From NCBI GenBank assembly GCA_044223005.1, contig JBGAML010000005.1:229409-293408 (forward strand): DNA of 64,000 nucleotides, given 5' to 3'. Every line of letters starts with the position of its first letter. Within the stretch, counting starts at the first letter, position 1. This DNA comes from Candidatus Eiseniibacteriota bacterium (lineage in GTDB: Bacteria > Eisenbacteria > RBG-16-71-46). The notes below the pieces were generated by a model that was not told the DNA's origin, ran no database searches, and saw only the letters and a list, made by a program, of their open reading frames with translations. Position numbers and translations under genes: made by a program. Below, piece after piece: positions 18,749 to 27,801 of the stretch.

Positions 18749-20869
18749 TCACGCGCTCCAGTGGGCCGCTTCCCAGTCCGGCCCCGGAACCAGCAGGCGC
18801 AGCACCTGCCCGGGCGGCAGGCTCTCCAGCCGCTCGCCCGCGCGCTCGACGTGCAGCAGCAGCTCCAGCGCCTGGCCCGGCGATGCGCCCAACGCGGCCA
18901 CCGGCAGCTCCGCTTCGAGCACGTCGTCGATCGCGACCGTGCCCACGGCCGCGCCGTCGTCGGCGAGCAGCGCACCGGTGCCCGGCACCAGATGCTCGAC
19001 GCGAAAACGCTTCGGCGCCGGCGCGACCAGCTCGATCACGAGCGAGGCGTCCGCGCCCGGCAGTTCGTCGCCCGCGAAGTCGAGCCGCAGGTAGAGCGCG
19101 CGCTCGTCGAAGCCGTAGTGCAACCCCGAAGCGATCGGCGCCGTCACGCGGTGCATCGACCCGCCTCCCGTGCCGAGCTTCCATGAGCCTGCGCCGTGCC
19201 ACTCGTAGTAGCGGCTCATGCGCCCGTCGATCACCGGGTGCACGAACGCCGTCGGCTCGTGGTGCTCGGAACCCGCGCGCGGCGGCGCCGCGACCGGCAG
19301 CGAAACCCAGGACGGCGAAGGGATTCCCGCACGCTCGTGTGCCGCCTGAAGGTGCGCCCGGAAGAGGCTGTCGAAAAGCGCCTTGTCGGCCGTGTAGTGG
19401 TCCTCGCCGAACCACCAGAACCAGTCCGAGCCCTCGGCCGCCGCGAGCGCCGACCAGGCCGCCGGATGGCTCGCGCGCGTCCTCCCCTGCGCCACCAGCG
19501 CCGCGCGCGTGCGCGCGAGCAGGTCCCACGCGCGATTCTTCTCGGCGTGGCCGGCCCAGATGTGGAAGTCGGCGTCGATCCACGAGCCCGAGTGCAGCTG
19601 CGGCAGCGTCGCGCGCACCGGGCCTTCGGCGAGCACCTCGGCGGGCGTGCGCGTGCGCACGTCGGGCGCCGCCTCGAGCGCGGCGTAGAGCTGCTCGAGG
19701 AATGGCCGGCCGTCCTCGGCGTAGTGCTCCCAGCAGTTCTCGCCGTCCAGGATCACGCACGCGACCGGCCGGCCTTCGCGCCCCGCGGCGCGGTGAGCCT
19801 CGGCGATGCGGCGCAGCTGGCGCATGAAGTCGGCGACCGCGTCGGCGGGCGACCACGTGCTGTAGACGAAGCCGATCCGGTCCGAGAGCTCGTGGTCGCG
19901 AAAGAAGAGCGCGATCTCGCCCGCCGGCGTCGCGAAGCGCCACGGCTGGTAGAGGTCTTCACGCTTCAGGCCCGCGATCGACCGCCAGAGCACCATCTCG
20001 TCGGTGGCGATCCAGCGCACACCCGCGCCGGCCAGGATCTCGGCGGCCTCGGGGCTCACGCTGCCCTCGGACGGCCACATGCCCACGGGGCGGCGGCCGA
20101 ACGTCTTCGCCGCCGCGTCGAGACCGTGCTCGACGTGCCAGCGGGCGTCCTCGGGCGCCGCGAACGGCTCGGAGGGCACCGGCAGGTCGGGCCGCGCGCG
20201 GCGGCCGGTCTTCACGTCGACGAGCAGCGGCAGGATCGGGTGGAACGCGGGCGAGCACGCGATCTCGACCTGGCCGCGTTCGGCCAGCGCCGCGTACGCC
20301 GGCACCACTTCGCGCAGCAGCGCCGCGTGCAGCGCGAGCAGCGCGTCACGCTCGGCTTCGCCCGCGCGCCCGGCTTCGGCCGCCGCGGCGGCGGCGAGCG
20401 CTTCGGGCCGGTCGAGCAGCAGCGGATCGAGCCACGCCAGCAGGAAGTACGCGACCAGCCGCAGCAGGTCGGCGTCGCCGGCCACTGCCGGCGCGCGCAG
20501 CTTCGTGCACAGCGACTGGTACGCGGGCCAGCGCTCGCGCGCCCAGCGCGGCGCCATGCGGGCGCGCGCCTGGAGCTCGGCGCGCTCGGACGCCGACAGG
20601 CCGGCGACGGGCCTCGCGAGCAGGTCGAACAGCGCGTCGGACCGCCCGGCGATCGCGCCCTCCAGCTGGTCGAGCAGCGAAGGCACGAAGTTGAAGGTCG
20701 CCTTGACGCGCGAATGGCGCTCCAGATGGAGCGCCATGTCGAGGTAGTCCTTCGTCGCGTGCAGCCGCACCCACGGCAGGAGCGCGCGGCCGTCGCGCGG
20801 GTGGCGGTAGTCCGGCTGGTGATGATGCCAGACGAAAACGAGATCGACGCCCGGGGTGTCGGGACTCAT
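18749..20869 (-). CDS. Glycoside hydrolase family 57 (amylopullulanase-like)
   Basis: WHHHQP.Y, PWVRLHATKDY, HPILPL, GMWPSEGSVS, ILDGENCWEHY, AEGSDWFWW. Confidence 0.93.
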   Translation of the reverse strand: MSPDTPGVDLVFVWHHHQPDYRHPRDGRALLPWVRLHATKDYLDMALHLERHSRVKATFNFVPSLLDQLEGAIAGRSDALFDLLARPVAGLSASERAELQARARMAPRWARERWPAYQSLCTKLRAPAVAGDADLLRLVAYFLLAWLDPLLLDRPEALAAAAAAEAGRAGEAERDALLALHAALLREVVPAYAALAERGQVEIACSPAFHPILPLLVDVKTGRRARPDLPVPSEPFAAPEDARWHVEHGLDAAAKTFGRRPVGMWPSEGSVSPEAAEILAGAGVRWIATDEMVLWRSIAGLKREDLYQPWRFATPAGEIALFFRDHELSDRIGFVYSTWSPADAVADFMRQLRRIAEAHRAAGREGRPVACVILDGENCWEHYAEDGRPFLEQLYAALEAAPDVRTRTPAEVLAEGPVRATLPQLHSGSWIDADFHIWAGHAEKNRAWDLLARTRAALVAQGRTRASHPAAWSALAAAEGSDWFWWFGEDHYTADKALFDSLFRAHLQAAHERAGIPSPSWVSLPVAAPPRAGSEHHEPTAFVHPVIDGRMSRYYEWHGAGSWKLGTGGGSMHRVTAPIASGLHYGFDERALYLRLDFAGDELPGADASLVIELVAPAPKRFRVEHLVPGTGALLADDGAAVGTVAIDDVLEAELPVAALGASPGQALELLLHVERAGERLESLPPGQVLRLLVPGPDWEAAHWSA

Positions 20870-20894
20870 CGCGCGTCCATGCGCCCGGGGCGCG

Positions 20895-21563
20895 TCAGTG
20901 ACCGGTCGCGCCGAGTTCGGCGATCTGCACGCGCGCCGGATTGGCGTAGCTCGTCTCGCCGAAATCGTCGACGAGCTTCTGCAGCTTCGCCGCCGCGCCC
21001 GCACGGTCGCCCGTCGCGAGCAGGCAGCGCGCCTCCGCGGCGAGCATCTCGGCGCTCGTCTCGCGATCGAACACGCCGACGAGCGCGTCGTACGTCTTGG
21101 CCGCCTCGGCGTACTGCTTGTCGCTGTCGAGCGAGTACGCGAGGCTGCGGCGCACGCTCTGCGCGAACACGCCGCTGCTCTTCTTGGCGAGGTACGCCTT
21201 GTACTCGGTGACCGCGCCCTTGAAGTCGCCGCGCCAGTAGGCCGCGTCACCGGAGATGCGGTGCGCGTCGATGCCGCTCGGCGTCGAACCCCACTGCTTG
21301 GTCACTTCCCCGGCCGTCGAGCGGGCGCGATCGTAATCGCCCTGCCAGAACAGCATGTCGGCCTCGGCCAGCTTCTTGGACGCGAGGTTCTCCTGGGCCG
21401 CGCTCTGCCGGATCGTGTAGAAGGCGACGCCCGCGACGACGACGATGGCACCGATCACGCCCAGCGCGATGCGCCCGTAGCGTTCCCAGAGCCCCGTGAC
21501 CTTGTCCAAAGCCTCCGCGCCCGGGTCGTCCAGCGCGTGCGTCTTCCGCGTCTCCAGCGACAA
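20895..21563 (-). CDS. Membrane-anchored TPR protein (YfgM-like)
   Basis: Single N-terminal TM followed by TPR-like helices; TTG start after GGAGG. Confidence 0.7.
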   Translation of the reverse strand: MSLETRKTHALDDPGAEALDKVTGLWERYGRIALGVIGAIVVVAGVAFYTIRQSAAQENLASKKLAEADMLFWQGDYDRARSTAGEVTKQWGSTPSGIDAHRISGDAAYWRGDFKGAVTEYKAYLAKKSSGVFAQSVRRSLAYSLDSDKQYAEAAKTYDALVGVFDRETSAEMLAAEARCLLATGDRAGAAAKLQKLVDDFGETSYANPARVQIAELGATGH

Positions 21564-21674
21564 GCGAAACCTCCAGGACAGCGACCGAATCGTCGGGGTG
21601 ATCCGCGGGGCCAACCCACGGTAAGCGACGGAAAACAGTACCGGGCAAGCGTCTCGGGCGTCAAGCCGGCCCGC

Positions 21675-22781
21675 TCAGGTCACCGCGCAGCGGGCGCAGG
21701 CCACGTGGCCGCGGGCGCGCACCAGCATCTCCGCCAGCGCCCCGCAGGTCGGGCACGCCGGCAGCGCCGGGCGGCCCCTCGCCACGTCCACGAGCGAGCG
21801 CAGCTTGACCCGGACGGCGCCCGCCTTGAGCTCTTGCTCGAGGTCGGCGACCGGCCACGACCATTCCTCGAGGCCCCAGAGCCGCACCTCGGTGCGCATC
21901 TCCCAGCGGTGACGGATCTCGGCGGCCCGGCGTTCCCACTCCAGCTTGAGCGAGGTCGCGTCGCCGTGCTCGAGCTCGTGCTCGTCGTGCCCGATCCGGC
22001 GGCGGAGGCGGTCCTCCTCCTCCTCGATGCGCGCCGAGAAGAACGCCCCGAGGCGCTCCAGTTCGTCGTCGCGGAGCCGGCCGACGGACGTCTCCCACTC
22101 GGCCTCGCGCTCGTCGGCGAGCGCCTCGAGCGTCTGGCGCGCGCTCTCGAGCCAGCGCTCGCGCAGCTCGGGCTCGAGCTCCTCGCCCATCTGGTAGAGC
22201 CCCTCGCGCGGGCGCACCTCCGGCACCTGTGGGGCCTGCGCGCGTTCGAGCACCTCACCCCCGCTGCCGACCAGCACGACCCACTGCTCCTGCCACGGCA
22301 GCCCGCCCCAGCGCGTGATCACGGCGTGGAACGCGACGCGCCGCTCGTAGCGCACGGGCCCGAGCCGCGGCGGGCTCCACGTGAGGCCGCGCACTTTGCA
22401 CACGCCCGCGAGTCCGTCCGCCGGCGCGCCGGGCACCTGCGCGAGCGCGGTGCGGCGCGTGAACGCCGGCTCGGCGAGCGCAGCCTCGAGGATGCGGCGG
22501 CCCGCCGAGCTGCCGGGCGCGGTGAACCATGCGCCACGCGGCACGGTCGGGCGCGCGGGATCGAACACCAGCCGCACGCGCTGGCGGCGCCAGCGCTTCT
22601 GCAGCGCGGCCGACAGCAGCACTTCCCAGTCGCCGCGCGGGGCATCCTCGACCGAGCAGCCCACCATGCCCAGCCAGCGCCCGACGAACGCCCGCCACTC
22701 CGGCTGCTCCGCGGCGGTCTCGCCGCGCGGGATCGCGGGTGTCTCGGCGGCGCGCTTGCGCGTGGCGGTCTTCGGCGTCAC
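21675..22781 (-). CDS. Uncharacterised SNF2-partner protein (YqhG-like position) with C-terminal Cys4 Zn finger
   Basis: GTGA-coupled to the SNF2 stop; acidic/basic coiled coil; CPTC...CARC at the C-terminus. Confidence 0.7.
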   Translation of the reverse strand: MTPKTATRKRAAETPAIPRGETAAEQPEWRAFVGRWLGMVGCSVEDAPRGDWEVLLSAALQKRWRRQRVRLVFDPARPTVPRGAWFTAPGSSAGRRILEAALAEPAFTRRTALAQVPGAPADGLAGVCKVRGLTWSPPRLGPVRYERRVAFHAVITRWGGLPWQEQWVVLVGSGGEVLERAQAPQVPEVRPREGLYQMGEELEPELRERWLESARQTLEALADEREAEWETSVGRLRDDELERLGAFFSARIEEEEDRLRRRIGHDEHELEHGDATSLKLEWERRAAEIRHRWEMRTEVRLWGLEEWSWPVADLEQELKAGAVRVKLRSLVDVARGRPALPACPTCGALAEMLVRARGHVACARCAVT

Positions 22782-24772
22782 TGGCCCGAGCCCTCGTCCT
22801 CGTGGTCCGCCGGTCCGCGGAAGAGCCAGCTCTGGTTGTCGCGCTGCTGCTGGTAGAGCTTGCGCGCGGTGACCAGGTGCTGCGCGAGCTCGCCGAAGCG
22901 CTTCTTGCGAACGCGCGGCGAGCGCGACTCGGTCCAGCGCCGGAACACCTCGTCCTCGAACGAGCCGTGCGTGTTCCACGCGCCGAGGATCTCCTCCATC
23001 TCGCCGACGACCAGCTCGAACATGCGGATCTTGCGCTCGAGGATCTCGAGCACGTAGGCCTCGATCGTCCCGCGCGCGACCAGGTTGGTGACGCGCACCG
23101 GGTGCTCCTGGCCGAGCCGGTGCACGCGGCCGATGCGCTGCTCGAGCCGCATCGGGTTCCACGGCAGGTCGTAGTTGATCACGTTGCGCGCGTACTGCAG
23201 GTTGCGCCCCTCGCCGCCGGCTTCGGTACTGACCAGGACCTGGTCGCGCAAGCGGAACGCCTCGAGCGAGTCCTCCTTCTCGCGCCAGCCCATCTCGCCG
23301 TGGAAGACCTGGTGCGACAGCCCCGCGTCGTTGAGCGCGTTCACGATCGCGTCCTGCGTCGCGCGGAACTGCGTGAACACGATCGCCTTCTCGCCCTGGA
23401 GCGCGGTGATCGAGCGCAGCAGCGTCTTGATCTTGCTCGGGTCGGCGCTGAGCGCCGCCGCGCGGTCGGCGAACGCGCGCACGCGCTTCGGGTCGAGCCC
23501 GTCCGGGTGTGACGCCAGCCGCAGCAGCGTGCCGGCGGCGGCGGCCCACGACGAGCCCATCTCCTTCTGCAGCACCATCAGCGTGAAGTAGTGCGGCTTG
23601 CCGGGCTGCCCGGCGTCGCCGTGCACGGCGTCCGCGACGAACTCGCTCACCTGCTTGTAGAGGTTGCGCTCGGCGACGTTCTGCGGCACCCACAGCGTGT
23701 CGACCTTGCGCGGCGCGAACGTCAGCTGCGTGTCGCCCCGCCGCGTGCGGATCATGACGCTGCGCAGCAGGCGCCGCAGCCGGGGCGTGTTGCGCGGCGT
23801 GCGCTTGTCGTGGCCGGAGAGGAAGTCGCGCCGGAACTGCGAGAACGTCCCGACCGTTCCCGGGCGCACGAGCGTGACGAGGTTGTAGAGCTCGCGCAGG
23901 TCGTTCTGCACCGGTGTCGCGGTGAGCAGCAGCAGGTAGCGGGGATTGAGGTCGTTGATGAACTTCCAGCCCAGCGTGAGGTGGTTGCGCAGGCGGTGCG
24001 CCTCGTCGACCACCACCATGTCGTAGTTCGCGCCGCGCACGCGCCGGCGATGGCGTTCGTGGCGCGCGGTCTCGAGCGACGAGATCACGAGCGGATGCCG
24101 CCCCCACTGCCCCGCCGGTCCGCGCGAGACCACGAAGTCGAGCTCGAACTTCTCCCACAGCTCGGCGCGCCACTGTTCGCACAGCGACGCCGGCACGAGC
24201 ACGAGCACGGTCCGCACCGCCCCGCGCAGCAGGTACTCCTTGAGCACGATGCCCGCCTCGACCGTCTTGCCGAGGCCGACCTCGTCCGCGAGGATCCCGC
24301 GCCCGCCGAAGTCGCGCAGCACGCGCAGGCAGGCATCCACCTGGTGCGGGAACCGTTCGACGCCGCGCAGCGAGTCGAGCGACAGCAGCCGGTCGGCGCT
24401 CGCCCAGCCCGCCCATTCCTCGGCCTGCGCGCGCGCGTCGAAGTGCGCCTGCGACTCCGAGCCGTTCGCGAGCCAGCGCTCGAGCAGCCGGTCGCCCTGC
24501 GGATGCCACGCGCGCCGCGGCCCCGACGCGCGCGGGACCAGCGGCAGCGGTTCGTCGTCGCGCCCGTCCCCCGCCACCACCGTCTCGCGCGACCGCGAGC
24601 CGTCGACGATCTCCCAGTCGCGCGCGGCCGAGAGCCGGCGCAGCTGGCCGTCGAACACGACCTCGAGCACCTCGCGGCCGCGGTCGGTGTGCACCTCGAC
24701 GATCAGTCCCTCGCCGAAGAGCGGGTGGTGGAGCCGCTGCCCCACCTGGTAACGGGCGTCGTTCACGTCCAC
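22778..24772 (-). CDS. SNF2/RapA-family ATPase, YqhH-like, with N-terminal Tudor-like domain
   Basis: ILADEVGLGKT, VVDEAH, LLTATP, IVFTQF, STEAGGEGRNLQ, EQRIGRVHRLGQ; start 24772 or 24766. Confidence 0.92.
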   Translation of the reverse strand: MDVNDARYQVGQRLHHPLFGEGLIVEVHTDRGREVLEVVFDGQLRRLSAARDWEIVDGSRSRETVVAGDGRDDEPLPLVPRASGPRRAWHPQGDRLLERWLANGSESQAHFDARAQAEEWAGWASADRLLSLDSLRGVERFPHQVDACLRVLRDFGGRGILADEVGLGKTVEAGIVLKEYLLRGAVRTVLVLVPASLCEQWRAELWEKFELDFVVSRGPAGQWGRHPLVISSLETARHERHRRRVRGANYDMVVVDEAHRLRNHLTLGWKFINDLNPRYLLLLTATPVQNDLRELYNLVTLVRPGTVGTFSQFRRDFLSGHDKRTPRNTPRLRRLLRSVMIRTRRGDTQLTFAPRKVDTLWVPQNVAERNLYKQVSEFVADAVHGDAGQPGKPHYFTLMVLQKEMGSSWAAAAGTLLRLASHPDGLDPKRVRAFADRAAALSADPSKIKTLLRSITALQGEKAIVFTQFRATQDAIVNALNDAGLSHQVFHGEMGWREKEDSLEAFRLRDQVLVSTEAGGEGRNLQYARNVINYDLPWNPMRLEQRIGRVHRLGQEHPVRVTNLVARGTIEAYVLEILERKIRMFELVVGEMEEILGAWNTHGSFEDEVFRRWTESRSPRVRKKRFGELAQHLVTARKLYQQQRDNQSWLFRGPADHEDEGSGQ

Positions 24773-26172
24773 AAGTCGAACTCCTGGCCCTTCTCCGGCA
24801 CGTGGACGGTCGCCCCCGTGCGTTCGCGCAGCTTCTCCGCCAGCGTGTCCGCGGGCCCGGGTTCGCCGTGCACGAGGAAGATCGTGGGCGGCACCGGCTT
24901 CATGGACGTCACCCAGCGGATCAGCTCGTCCTGGTCGGCGTGCGCGCTGAAGCCGTCGAGCCCGGCGATCTCGGCGCGCACGCGCACCGGCTCGCCCAGC
25001 ACGTTCACCGTCTCGGCGCCGTCGCGCAGCCGGCGGCCGAGCGTGCCGTCGCCCTGGTAGCCGACGAACAGCACCGTGTTGCGCGCATCGCCCAGCGCGT
25101 GCTGCAGGTGGTGCACCACGCGCCCGCCTTCGCACATGCCCGAGGCCGAGACGATGATGCAGGTGCCGTCGCTCTCGTCGAGCGCCCGGGACTCGTCGGG
25201 CGAGCCCACGTAGCGCAGGCGCGAGAAGCCGAACGGCTCCCCGTTGCCGCTGGTGAACTGGGCGTAGGTCTGCTCGTCGAAGCACTCGGGGTGCTTCGCG
25301 AACACCGCCGTCGCGCTCCGGGCCATGGGGCTGTCGACGAAGATCGGCAGCTCGGGGATGCGCCCGGCGAGCGTCAGTTCGTGCAGCGTCGCCACGAGTT
25401 CCTGCGTGCGGCCGACCGCGAACGCCGGCACCAGCAGCCGGCCGCGGCGCTCGACCGTGCGCTTCACCGCGTCGATCAGCCCATCGATCGTGGCCTTCTC
25501 GTCGGCGTGCACGCGATCGCCGTACGTGCTCTCCATCACCAGCACATCGGGCGCCACCGGCGTCTCGGGGTCGCGCAGGATCGGCCGCTTCCAGCGCCCG
25601 AGATCACCGCCCATGCACACGCGCAGCGTCCGGCCCTCGGCCTCGAACTCGAGCGTCGTGATCGCCGAGCCGAGGATGTGCCCCGCGTCGTAGTAGGTGG
25701 CGCGCACGCCGGGAAGCGGCGAGAACGGCTCGTGGTAACCGTGCGTCTCGAAGCGCGCGAGCGTGCCCTCGACGTCCTCGAGCGTGTAGAGCGGCCGCCG
25801 CGGCGGGCGCCCGGCCTGCCCTCGGCGGTTCACGTGCTCGACGTCCTTCTGCATCAGGAACGCGCTGTCGGGCAGCATCACGCGCGACAGGTCGGCGGTC
25901 GCGGGCGTCATGTGGATCGGCCCGCGGTAACCCTGCGCCGTCAGCGTCGGCAGGTTGCCCGTGTGGTCGAGGTGCGCATGCGACACCACGACGCTGTCCA
26001 CTTCGCCCGGCGCGAAGAGGAACGAACGGTTGATGCGGTCCGCTTCGTCGCGGTGGCCCTGGTAGAGGCCGCAGTCGAACAGCAGCCGCTTGTTGCCGAA
26101 GCGGAGCAGGTGGCGCGAACCGGTGACGGTGCGCGCCGCGCCGTGGAACGCGATCGAGAGCGGAGTCTTCAT
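24763..26172 (-). CDS. MBL-fold beta-CASP nuclease (Ysh1/TTHA0252-type RNase)
   Basis: VTGS.HL, SHAHLDH, AGHILGS, ESTYG, FAVGRTQE, SGMCEGGR, FSAHAD, LVHGE. Confidence 0.93.
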   Translation of the reverse strand: MKTPLSIAFHGAARTVTGSRHLLRFGNKRLLFDCGLYQGHRDEADRINRSFLFAPGEVDSVVVSHAHLDHTGNLPTLTAQGYRGPIHMTPATADLSRVMLPDSAFLMQKDVEHVNRRGQAGRPPRRPLYTLEDVEGTLARFETHGYHEPFSPLPGVRATYYDAGHILGSAITTLEFEAEGRTLRVCMGGDLGRWKRPILRDPETPVAPDVLVMESTYGDRVHADEKATIDGLIDAVKRTVERRGRLLVPAFAVGRTQELVATLHELTLAGRIPELPIFVDSPMARSATAVFAKHPECFDEQTYAQFTSGNGEPFGFSRLRYVGSPDESRALDESDGTCIIVSASGMCEGGRVVHHLQHALGDARNTVLFVGYQGDGTLGRRLRDGAETVNVLGEPVRVRAEIAGLDGFSAHADQDELIRWVTSMKPVPPTIFLVHGEPGPADTLAEKLRERTGATVHVPEKGQEFDLWT

Positions 26173-26173
26173 G

Positions 26174-26797
26174 TCAGTACGCCGCGTAGAACATGACGCC
26201 CACGCTGGCGCGGACGTCGTGGTTGGTCTTCTGGTCGAGGAAGATGCTCGAGTACTTGGCCGACCCGGTGATGGCCCAGCTCCGGTACACGAACCACTCG
26301 GCGCCGCCGGACACGCTCAGGTAGAAACCGTCGCCGTTGAGCGGGTACTGCGTGTCGCCGTTCTCGAGCCGGGCGTTGAGCTGCGCGAGCCCGGCGCCCG
26401 CGTTGACGTAGCGCGGCACGCGCGTGCGGGTGCCGAAGTACTGGTAGAGATCCACGCCCGCCAGCGTCAGCCGCAGCTGGTTGCGGGCCACGTTGTCCGA
26501 GTCGGGCGAGAACGCGGTCTGGCCGAGGTTCCGCCCGCGCGCCTTGAGCCGCTGGGCCTCGAACGACAGCCCCAGCGCCCGCTCGTAGCGCATGCGGTAG
26601 CGCAGCTGCACGTCGAGGTTCCCGCCGAGGCCGAACTCGTCCCCGAGCGATCCCGACTTGGCGAGTCCGCCGTATCCACCGCTCATGCCGATGCCCACCT
26701 GGCCGGCGCGCGGAAGCAGGACGCTCCACGCGTGCGACGGTGCGGCCCCGGACACGACGAGCAGCAGGACGATCACTGCCGGACGGACGAACTTCAT
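26174..26797 (-). CDS. Small outer-membrane beta-barrel protein
   Basis: Signal peptide, alternating amphipathic strands, aromatic C-terminus (VGVMFYAAY); GGAGG RBS. Confidence 0.7.
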   Translation of the reverse strand: MKFVRPAVIVLLLVVSGAAPSHAWSVLLPRAGQVGIGMSGGYGGLAKSGSLGDEFGLGGNLDVQLRYRMRYERALGLSFEAQRLKARGRNLGQTAFSPDSDNVARNQLRLTLAGVDLYQYFGTRTRVPRYVNAGAGLAQLNARLENGDTQYPLNGDGFYLSVSGGAEWFVYRSWAITGSAKYSSIFLDQKTNHDVRASVGVMFYAAY

Positions 26798-26838
26798 CGA
26801 CTCCTCCGATTTCCCGATCGGGTGGATCGCGGACCCCT

Positions 26839-27801
26839 TCAGGCCCGCGGGTGGAACTGGCGATGCACCTCGCGCAGGTAGCTGCGGTCGAGATGCGTGT
26901 AGATGGCGGTGGTGGTGACCGAGGCGTGGCCCAGCAGCTCCTGCACGACGCGCAGGTCGGCGCCGCCCTCGAGCAGGTGGGTCGCGAACGAGTGCCGCAG
27001 GGCATGCGGATGCACACGCGCCGTGAGCCCGGCCTTGCGGGCCAGCGCGCGCAGGATCTTCCACCAGCCCATGCGCGAGAGCGGTCCCCCGCGCGCGTTG
27101 CAGAAGACGCGGTCGTGGCGCGCGCGGGACGCGAGCTGCGGCCGCCCGCGGTCGAGCCACTCGCGCAGCGCGCGCTCCGCCTGGCGGCCGAACGGGACGA
27201 GCCGCTGCTTGTCGCCCTTGCCGACCACGGTGAGCACTCGGCCCGAGAAACTGACGGCGTCGCGCTCGAGCCCGATCAGCTCGCTGACGCGCAGGCCGCA
27301 CGCGTAGGCGACCTCGAGCATCGCGCGATCGCGCAGCGCGAGCGCGCCCTCGCCCTCCGGCTGCGCGAGCAGCGCCTCGACGTCGGCGAGCGAGAGCGCG
27401 TGCGGCAGCTTGCGGTCGCGCCGCGGCGCCGGGATGCGCGCGAACGGGTCGGCGCCCGGCGTCGCCGCGCGCGCGAGGTAGCCGTGCAGGCCACGCAGCG
27501 ACGAGCGCCGGCGCGACACGGTCGAGCCCGCCAGCCCGCGGCGCGCGAGCTGCGCGAAGTACGCGTCCACGAACGTCGGCGTCGCCTCGCGCCAGTCGGC
27601 CAGGCCGTGCTTCACCGCGAACGCGAGGTAGTCGTCGGCGTCGCGCCGGTAGGCGTCGAGCGTGTGCGCGCTCAGGCGCCGGCCGGTACGCAGCTCGTCG
27701 AGCCACGCCTCCGCCGGCAGGCGCAGGCCCGCCGGCACCGGCGTCTCCGCCGGGGCGGTCGCCACCGCGGTGGCGCGCGGCCGGGTGCGCGTCGCGCTCA
27801 C
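26839..27801 (-). CDS. xerD: Tyrosine recombinase XerD
   Basis: LS.HT..AY..D, RDRAMLEV.YACGLRVSEL, GKGDKQRLVP, HPHALRHSFATHLLEGGADLRVVQELLGH, IYTHL, HPRA. Confidence 0.9.
   Translation of the reverse strand: MSATRTRPRATAVATAPAETPVPAGLRLPAEAWLDELRTGRRLSAHTLDAYRRDADDYLAFAVKHGLADWREATPTFVDAYFAQLARRGLAGSTVSRRRSSLRGLHGYLARAATPGADPFARIPAPRRDRKLPHALSLADVEALLAQPEGEGALALRDRAMLEVAYACGLRVSELIGLERDAVSFSGRVLTVVGKGDKQRLVPFGRQAERALREWLDRGRPQLASRARHDRVFCNARGGPLSRMGWWKILRALARKAGLTARVHPHALRHSFATHLLEGGADLRVVQELLGHASVTTTAIYTHLDRSYLREVHRQFHPRA

Noticed and set aside
15172..18975. Very long alternative ORFs (e.g. 15172-18975, 33449-37504, 41001-44462, 55207-58311)
   Set aside because: They are antisense or off-frame shadows of well-supported genes, Arg/Ala/Pro-rich and motif-free, as expected when high GC makes stop codons rare.
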